A stretch of DNA of 64,000 nucleotides. Source: the human T2T-CHM13v2.0 reference genome, Homo sapiens. The notes under the pieces were generated by a model that made no database searches, was not told where the DNA came from, and was given only the letters and a program-made list of their open reading frames with translations. The number at the start of each line of letters is the position of its first letter. Position 1 is the first letter of the stretch. The stretch is taken from assembly GCF_009914755.1 (NCBI RefSeq), contig NC_060926.1; one strand, 5' to 3'. Positions 55,387 through 64,000 of the stretch are shown in pieces. A program made the translations under genes and the position numbers.

Positions 55387-56583
55387 AGTTTTATGTTTAC
55401 AGAAAAATTGTGCAAAAATATAGTGTTGTCATACACACCTGCCCTCCACAAACACAGAGATACACCCAGTTTCTCTATTATTAACATCTTGCAATATAGT
55501 ATAAGTAATGTACCATAATTATTAACTAATTCTATGGTTTACATTAGAGCTCATTTTTTGTGTTCTATGTTTTTCAGAAATGCACAGTGTTATGTGTTCA
55601 CCATTACAGTATGATACAGAATAGTTTTATTGCTCTAAAAATGCTCTGTGTTCCACGTGTTCATTTCTACTTCCCTTACTGTGAACCCCTGGAAACCACT
55701 GATCTTTTCACTTTTATCTTTTCAAAATGTTATGTACTGTAATTATTCAGTATGTTACTTTTCGTATTTGATTCTTTGACTAAGCAATATGCATTTAAAT
55801 TCCCTCCTTGACAGCTCTTTTGTTGTTGTTGAGTAACTCCTCGGTATGGATGTACCACAATTTACTTATTCATTCCCTTTTGAACGTTCTGAACAAAGCT
55901 GCTATAAACATTTGTGTGTAGGTTTTTGCATGGATATATGTTTTTAACTCATTTGGGTAAACATCTGGAGTGTGATTGCAGGATCATATGGTAAACCCAG
56001 GATTAGCTTTGTAAGAAAATGCCAAATAGTATCATTTGGCATTTCCACTGTATCATTTTTCATTTCCACCAGCAATACATGTGTTGCTTCACATCCTTGC
56101 CAGCATTTGGTGTTGTCAGTGTTATATTTTAACCATTTGATAGGTGTGTAGTAGTATCTCCATGATGTTTTAATTCACAATTCCCTATTGACATACAATG
56201 CTGAGCATCTTTTTCTGTGCTTGCTTTCCACGTGTATGTCTTCCTTAGAGGTGTCTGTTCAGATCTATTGCCCATTTGTTTACTGTTTGTTTTCTTAAGT
56301 ATTAAGACCCTTAATAATAATACCAGTTATCAGATGTTATTTGAAAAATATTCTCTGTCTGTTGCAATTCTTTTTACTTTCATCTGTTCTTTTGAAAAGT
56401 GTAACTTTTTAATGAACTATTACATCATGTTTTCTCTGATAAATTATGTTTTTTTGTATCTAAAAAGTCATTGTCCAATCTAATGTCAGCTAGATTTCTT
56501 CCTATCTTCTAGAAATTGAACAGTTTGAATTTTAAAGTTAGATCTGTGATTCATTTTGAGTTAATTTCTTTTATGGAAGGTTT

Positions 56584-56634
56584 TCTCTCTCTCTCTCCAC
56601 ACACAAACACACACACACACACACACACGCACAC
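56584..56634. repeat. Compound (CT)n(CA)n microsatellite
   Basis: tctctctctctctccacacacaaacacacacacacacacacacacgcacac. Confidence 0.9.
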
Positions 56635-58855
56635 AATGCGGATGTTCACTTGTTTCCACATTTGTTAAAATGACTGTTTTTTCTCCATAGAATTGCCTTT
56701 GTCAAAAATCAGTTGACTATATATGTATAGGTCTATTTCTGGGCTCTCTATTCTGTTCCATTTATGTATTTATTTCATGATTGACATACTATCTTGATCA
56801 CCATAGATTTATAGAAAATCTTGAAGTCATGTCAATATTGCCTCCTTGGCTTTGCTACGTCTTATCTTTTCTTGCACACTTTAGAATCGGTTTGTTGATA
56901 TCCATAAACTAAATTGCTGAGATTTTTATTGGGATTGTGTTAAATGTGTAGCTCAAGCTGGGAAGAATTATCATCTTAATATAGTCTTCCTATCCAAGAA
57001 TATGGAATAACTGTCCATTTGTATAAAATCTTGATTTCTTTCATCATAGTTTTATAGTTTTCCTCATATAGCACTATACGTTTTTAAGTTATATGGGAGT
57101 ATTTCACTTTTTGTTGCTAATGTGAACACTATTTTGTTTTTAATTCCAAATTCAAGTTGTTTATTATTGCCATGTAAGAAACCAATTGACTTTTGTATAT
57201 TAACTTTGTATTCTGTAACTTTTCTATATCATTGTTATTTTTTTAGCTCCAGATTTTTGTGTGTCAATTATTTGTGATTTTCTACGTAGACAATGATACC
57301 ATATGTGAAAAAGACTCTTTTTCTTTCTTCTTTCTCTTCCTTCTGTCTTTGTCTCTTATTTATTTTCTTGCCTTACTGAATTAGCTAGAATGCCCAGCTC
57401 TTTGTAGAATAGGAGTGGTGAAAGCATAGAATATGTTTTTTATTATAGGGGGTAAACACTTAGTTTCTCACTATTAGGTACTACGTTAGCTCTAGGGCTG
57501 TTTGTAGATGTTCTTTATCAAGTTGATGATGTTCCATCCATTCCTGATTTGCTGAGAGTTCTGATCATGTACAGGTATTGGATTTGTCAAATGCTTTTTC
57601 TGCATTTTTTGATATTATGGTCTGATTTTTCTTCTTTAGCCTATGAATGTGATATGTTAGAGTAATTGACTTTTGAATGTTGAACCAACTTTGTATACTT
57701 GGCCTAAATCCCACTTGTCTGTGGTATATAATTATTTATATATATAAAATATGTATATTTAGTTCTATTCAATTTGCTAATATTTTGTTGAGGACGTTTT
57801 TGTGTATATTCATGAAAGATATCTATCTGTCTAGAATTATTTTCCCAATTAGTATATTTCTTTGCTTTTGATATAAGGGTAACTTTGGAGTCATAAAATG
57901 TGTTAGAAATTATTCTCTCTGCTGCTTTTTTTCTGGAAGAAATTGTAGATAATTAGTATTGTTCTGCAAATACTTGATAGAATTCAGTGAGACCAACTGG
58001 CCTGTTGTTTTTTGTTGTTGTTTTGGAAGGTCATTGATTGTGGGTTCAATTTCTTTAATAGACATAGGCCTATTCAAATTATCTTTCTCCTTGTGTCAGT
58101 TTCAGTAGGTCATTTCTTTCAAAGAATTTGTTGATTTCATCTAACTTGTCAAATTTTGAGGCTTGGAGTTAATAATATTTCTTTATTATTCTTTTAACAA
58201 CCATGGGATCAGTTGTGTTGGCTCTGTTTCATTTATGGTATTAATAATCATTGTCTTTTTCCTCCTGTTTGGCTAGGCTAAAGAGTTATCAATTTTATTG
58301 ATGTTTTCTGAGAGCTAGCTTTTGGTTTAATTGGTTTTCTATACTGATTTCCTATGTACAATTTCACCACTTTTTGCTGTAATTTTTATTTCTTTTTTCT
58401 GCTTATTTTGAATTCAATTTTTTTTTCATTTTCAAGTTAATATTGAAGCATAGATTTTAGATTTTTCACCTTTTCTATATGTATTCAACATTATTATATA
58501 TTCTCTCTAAGCATTACTTTTGGCATATCACACAAAATTTGATAATTTCTAATGCCATTTTGTTCAAAATATATTTTTAAAATTTCTAATATATCATCTT
58601 TGACCCATTTATTGCTTTGAAGTCTGTTCTTTACATATCCACATAGCAAAACACTTTGGAATTTTCTTGCTTTTATCTGTTATAGATTTCTATTTTAATT
58701 CCATTATGGTCTTAACGATGTACTTTATATGATTTTTATTTTAAATTTGCTAAGCTGTATTTTATAGTCTAGAATGTGTTCTCTTTTAGTGAGTGCTCCA
58801 TGTAAACTTTAAGAATAATGTGTATTCCATGCTACTGGATAAAATATTCTATAGA

Positions 58856-58988
58856 GACAGGTGTGGTGGTGCTTGCCTGTAGTCTCAGCTACTTAGGAGC
58901 CTGAGGCAGGAAGATCACTTGAGCCCAGGAATTTGAGTTCAGCCTGAGCAAAATAGTAAGACACTGTCTCTTAAAAAAATTAAAATTA
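58856..58988 (+). mobile_element. FLAM_A-type Alu monomer
   Basis: ggtgtggtggtgcttgcctgtagtctcagctact...cacttgagcccagga...gtaagacactgtctctt. TSD tattctata at 58845-58853 and 58991-58999. Confidence 0.85.
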
Positions 58989-61799
58989 AGTATTCTATAA
59001 ATTTTCATTAGATTCAGTTGATGTTCAGTTGAACTGTATAATTCCAAATTTTCTGCCTGCTGAATCTGTCAGTTAGTGATATAAAGGCTTAAATTGTCCA
59101 ACTATAATAGTGGATTTCCCTATTTCTCCTTTGATTTCTATCAGTTTTTCAACACTAATTTTGATGCACTGGTGTTAGGTGTAAACACATTAACAATAGT
59201 CTATGTAAATAAATGATCCCTTTATCATTATGTAATGTTCCTGTTTATCCCTAATCATTTTACTTGCTCTGAAATATGCTATGTCTGAAATTGATGTAGC
59301 TACCCTAGATTTCTTTTTATTTATTTTAGCATGGCATATTCTCTATCTCTTTACCTTTAATCTATATGCATCTTTATAATTGAAGTAGGTTCCTGTAGAT
59401 AGCATATATTTGGTATCCATTTTGATGGTCTATTATGTGTTATATATATCAAGAACATTTAAATTTAAATTATTGACATAGTTGCATAATATCTACCATA
59501 TTTGTAACTGTTTCTATTCGTTGTTCGTGTTCCTTTTTCTGCCATATTTTTCATTCTCTGGTTTTAATTAAGCATTTTATATAATTTATTTTTAGTTGTT
59601 TATTCAAAGCAGGCAATATACATTTACAACTAATATCAGTCTACTTTCAAATAACATTATACTACCGCTTAGGTTGTTCAGGAAAATTATAGCTGAGTAT
59701 TTCCATTTCCTCCCTTCTGTCCCTTACAACATTGCTGTCATACATTTCACTTAATCATAAATAACTGTTCAAAATAATAATGACAACAAAATATTGAACA
59801 AACTATTATGTGTTCAAAATAAGAACAAAAAAATTTTTATTTTACCTTTTTATTTCTTTTCAAATGGCCTTCCTTTATGCAGATTTGAATTTCTAAGCTA
59901 TATCATTTCCTTTCCCTCTGAAGAGCTTTTTAACATTTCGTGCAAGGCAGGCTTACTAGTGACAAATTCTCTCAGATTTTGTAGATCTGAGAAAATCTGT
60001 ATCTCCTCTGCACTTCTGAATAATAATTTTGCTGCTTATAGAATTCTAGAAGGTGGGGTTTTGTTTGCTTTCAACATTTTGAACATTTCACTCCACTCTC
60101 TTCTTGCTTTCATGGTTTCTGAAGAGAAGCTTGATGTTAACTTTTAAACTTGTTACCCTACATGTAAGGTTTTTTTCACCTTATCCCACCCCTGCCCTCT
60201 TTAAAGATTTTCTCTTTGTCTTTGACTTTCTACGGTTTGAATACATGACTAGGTACAGATTTTTTGATATTTGTCTTGCTTAGCATTCTCTGAACTTCCT
60301 TGACATATGGTTTTGTGTCTGTCAATAATTTTGCAAAGTTTTCAGCCACTACAGCTTCAAATATTTCTTCTGTTCCTTTTTGTTTTTATATTCCCATTGC
60401 ATGTATGGTACACATTTTGTAATTGTTTCAGAGTGTTTAGGTATTGTGTTTCATATTTTTCATTATTTTCTTTGCAAAGTTTCTGTTGCTGTCTGCTGAA
60501 GCTCACTGATTCTTTTCCTGTCTGTGTCTGATGTCTCAGTTATTCTTCATCTCTGTTATGGAGTTTACAATTTCTATCAGTTTCTTTTGATTACCTCTTA
60601 GTAGTCAATCTCTATTAAATTATTTAGTGTATAATACTTGTTTTAATTTCCTGGTCTCATAATTTCAAAATCACCTTCATGTCTAACTTTGGTTTTAATG
60701 CTTGCCCTATGTTTTCAGACTGTTGTTTTCACCTTTTAACATGCCTTGTACATTTTTACTGAATGCCAGAAATGATATATTGCCTAAAAGGAACTGAGGT
60801 AGGTAGAACTTTACAGTGATGCTTTATGTTTATCTGCTATGAGATAGGTTCACTTTGCTATTTGCTGTATCTGCAGGTGTCAGAGGCTAAAATTTACTCT
60901 AGTGTCCTTTTTGTTGCCCTGTTGATTTCGTGTTTCCATAGGAATTTCTTAAATAGAGGCTGAGTCTTGCAATTATTTTCAGCTGTAATCTCCTGTTATT
61001 ATACAGGAATCCTATTTTTGTTGTGGTAAAAATGTGGGGGAGAGGAAACATTCTATAATTCTATGATTGAGTATCAGTCTTATAATAATACTCTGCCCAA
61101 GTGCAATGACCTTTCTAAATCATTCTCATCTCTTAAATTTTACCCCATAGTGAGAGAAAAACTGGAGGGGGCTGGAGATGGCCATTTCCTTTCCCCCACA
61201 TTGAAGGCAGAGGAAGCTGGAGTTGGGTATTTCTCTTTCCTCATGCTGAAGGTTAGTGAGGTCTAGTGTTGGGTACTTCAATTCTCCACATTGTTTAGGC
61301 TCTGCAGAAGAGTTTCCTTTGAGCACAGACCCTTTTTAAGGATTACCAACTGTTTTGGTTTTATTTTTAAATTAGCTACTTTTCTCCTTTCCTGCTGGAA
61401 GCAGAGCGGGATCTGTCTCACTTATTTACAGTTAGAACCTCGTGGAGCTCCTGAAGGTAAAACTCAAAAAACGTATGGGGAATTCCGCTCCCAAGGTCAG
61501 GGTTCCAGGAATTTTTATCTCTTGAGCTAGCCCACAGTCCATTACCAGCAGTTAGTCAACTATCCTTTAAGCATTCATACCCGAGGCTGGCGCTGCCTCT
61601 TGCAGTGGTTTCTACTCTGGTAATATGTGCTTCTCTATATATGGCTGTTACAGTTTTCAGGGCACTTACTTGACCTTGTAACCTCAATTCTTTTATGGAT
61701 CTAAGAAGTTGCTGATATTCTGTTCTTCATCTTTTGTCTTGTTGTAAGGATTAAAGTGATACATTTCAATCTTTTCACTTCTCAGACTGAGAAGCAGAA

Positions 61800-63630
61800 A
61801 TCCATTTTAAAAATCTTCAAAGAAACAACAAGAGTGAATATTGCAGAACAACATTTTAGAGGGGAAAATTAAAAACACTTTAAAACTTACAATTCTATAC
61901 CCAGCAAAAATATCATTTTAAAAGACATCAAAAATAGCAGCATTATCAGACATACAAAAGCTGAAAGTATATATTACCAGCAAACACCAATTTTGAAAAA
62001 TATTAAAGTCTTCCAGGCAAAAAAACTGTTACTAGATAAACAAAATGGAATAAAGTACACACAAAATGGTAACAGCATGGATAATTATTTAGTTTTTTGG
62101 TGTATGAGGTAAATATCTTTAAAGTATAATTGATTGCTTAAACAAAAATAGAAATGTACTCTGGAACTTATATATATATATATATATATATATAATAAAA
62201 AGCTATGACAATAATAGTATAAAAGCTAGGAATTGAGACACAGAAGTGCATTATTATAAGATTCTTGAACTATATTTGAATAGATATGATCTTACTTAAA
62301 GGTCAAATTACTAAGATAAAGCTGTATGTTGTAAACTCTAAAGCAACCACATTAAATTAGAGTTATTGTTAGGTTAGCAGAGATTGAAAACTAACAAAAT
62401 AACCTAAAAGGCACAAAAACAGGAGGAAACAGAGAGAAAAGTAGAAAACAAATAGTTGACGTATTGAAACTCACCACATCAATTATCATATATAATCATT
62501 GGAGAATGACTGAAGAATAAGGTCCCAATAAATGCAGTCTACATTGAAACATACTTTTAATATAAATACACAAATAGGCTAGAAGTGAATTAACTGGGGA
62601 AAAAAACACTTGTTAACACTAATCAAAAGAAAGTTGGAATGGCTCCATCAATATTAGACAAAATAGATTTTGAAGCAAGGAAAATTATCTGAGATTTTAA
62701 AATCATTTTATAGCAATCAAGTGTTGGGTTATCAAGATAACATACAAATTCTGAACATGTATGCAGTTAATATAACACAATAAATAAAAAAACCTAAAGA
62801 TATAGAAGACTTGAATAACAATTTCAACCAACGTGACCTGAGCTAAATGTGTAAGACATTTGATGCAACAGCAATAAAATGAATATTCAAGTCCACATAG
62901 GGCATTTACAAAGTGAGAATCATATTCTAAGACAAAAGAGTTTTAGTAAATTTAAACAGATTCAACTCATACAAATAATGTTCTCTGATGACAGTAAAAT
63001 TAAATTAGAAATCATTGACAAAAGAGCTCTGAAAAATTTCCATATATTTGTAAATTAAATTATATACTAGTAAAGAACTTATGGCTCAAAAAATATTCAC
63101 AAAGAAAATTAGCATTTTCAACTAAAAATGAAAATACAACATATCAAAGGCATGGAATGCCACTAAAAAATATTTAGTGGGAAATTTATAGTATGTTACT
63201 AAAAAAAGGCAGGCCTTAAATTAATGAACTAGAAAAATACATGGAAGAAAGGAAGTAATATGAATAAGAGCCAAAATAGTTTAAACACAACCCAGAGAAA
63301 TCCTAATGAGAAAAAAATGAAAGCAAAAGCTAATTGTTTGATCAATAGAGAGGTTTCCAGTCATAATGAGAAAAATATGAGAGAAGGCACTTATTAGCAA
63401 CACCTGGATTTAGATAGGACCATAACAACAGAATCTACAGATATGAAAAATAAAGTGCTAATGTAAACAAATGTATGCCAATAAAATCAACTGATTAGGT
63501 TAAATAGACAAATTCTTTGAATGACAAACTACTATTTTTAAAATTCAGCTTGTAGTCAAATCTCCACAAACAATATTCTAGAACTAGATGGCTTCACTAG
63601 TGAGTTCTACCAAATATTTAACAAAGAATA
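61800..63630 (+). mobile_element. Old L1M fragment (ORF1 end, spacer, ORF2 endonuclease region)
   Basis: aattctatacccagcaaaaatatc...cagacatacaaaagctgaaag; aacactaatcaaaagaaagttggaatggct...agacaaaatagattt; gatggcttcactagtgagttctaccaaatattt. Confidence 0.75.
62169..62194. repeat. (TA)n microsatellite
   Basis: About 13 uninterrupted TA units. Confidence 0.9.
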
Positions 63631-63631
63631 A

Positions 63632-64000
63632 CAAATCTGTAATAAATCCTATAGTTTTGTGTGGTATTTAGAGTTTTCATATATATATATATTATATATA
63701 TATACACACACACATATTTATGCACACATATATTCATATATATTTCATATAAATATATACATATGAAAACTATATTTCATACCTATGTAATATGAATATA
63801 TATGAACTCTAAAGACTATTAAAAACTGTATATATACATGTCAATATATGACATATATATTCGTATATATTGAATAAATACACATAAATTATTTTCCCTG
63901 TTTGCAGATGGCATTATTCATATATTTTTTATATCATATCATATATATTTTTATATATATGAATGATCATGCCATCTGCAAACAGGGAAAATTTGTCTTC
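63632..64000 (-). mobile_element. Antisense L1 RT-motif fragment containing an AT-rich inverted-repeat cassette; runs off the window
   Basis: Reverse strand gaagacaaattttccctgtttgcagatggcatgatc...gaaaactctaaataccacacaaaacta corresponds to the SLFADDMI..ENPK segment. Perfect 24-bp inverted repeat at 63891-63914 and 63969-63992. Confidence 0.75.

Larger units (their letters stand above)
55387..61790 (-). mobile_element. L1MD/L1MC-like old LINE-1, near full length, highly degenerate
   Basis: L1MD-type 3' end (cagttttatgtttacagaaaaattg...tattattaacatcttgca...cccctggaaaccactgatc), degenerate antisense ORF2, then ORF1-like and 5' regions from about 59900 to 61790. The extreme 3' end lies left of the Alu at about 54655-54681. 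Confidence 0.75.

Overview
This is primate, very likely human, AT-rich, CpG-depleted non-coding genomic DNA. I recognise no cellular protein-coding exon, RNA gene or CpG island. Every recognisable ORF in the track derives from L1, Alu or MaLR; the rest look like chance ORFs. Bases 1-25,500 are mostly unique sequence with ancient MIR/L2/L3/hAT fragments, several Alus, an MLT1A-like LTR and a doubly truncated L1PA fragment. Bases 26,100-47,800 and 54,600-64,000 are dense nested transposon clusters. These include an L1MB broken by two Alus, MER8 and a 4.3-kb antisense L1PA15-17; a full-length L1PB1 carrying a two-LTR THE1C that carries a tailless AluY; an L1PA3/4; and a ~7-kb L1MD-like element. 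A solo LTR1 lies between the clusters. I found no evidence of a new biological system. The most unusual signals are DNA-repair or insertion scars: a ~385-bp local templated insertion splitting an Alu with a 15-bp target-site duplication (TSD), a fold-back-amplified (TA)n cassette in an L1 RT motif, a poly(A)-less but TSD-flanked AluY, a perfect 3x42-bp array and a template-switch hairpin. Repeat family calls are from recalled consensus sequences, not a database search, and boundaries of old elements are approximate.
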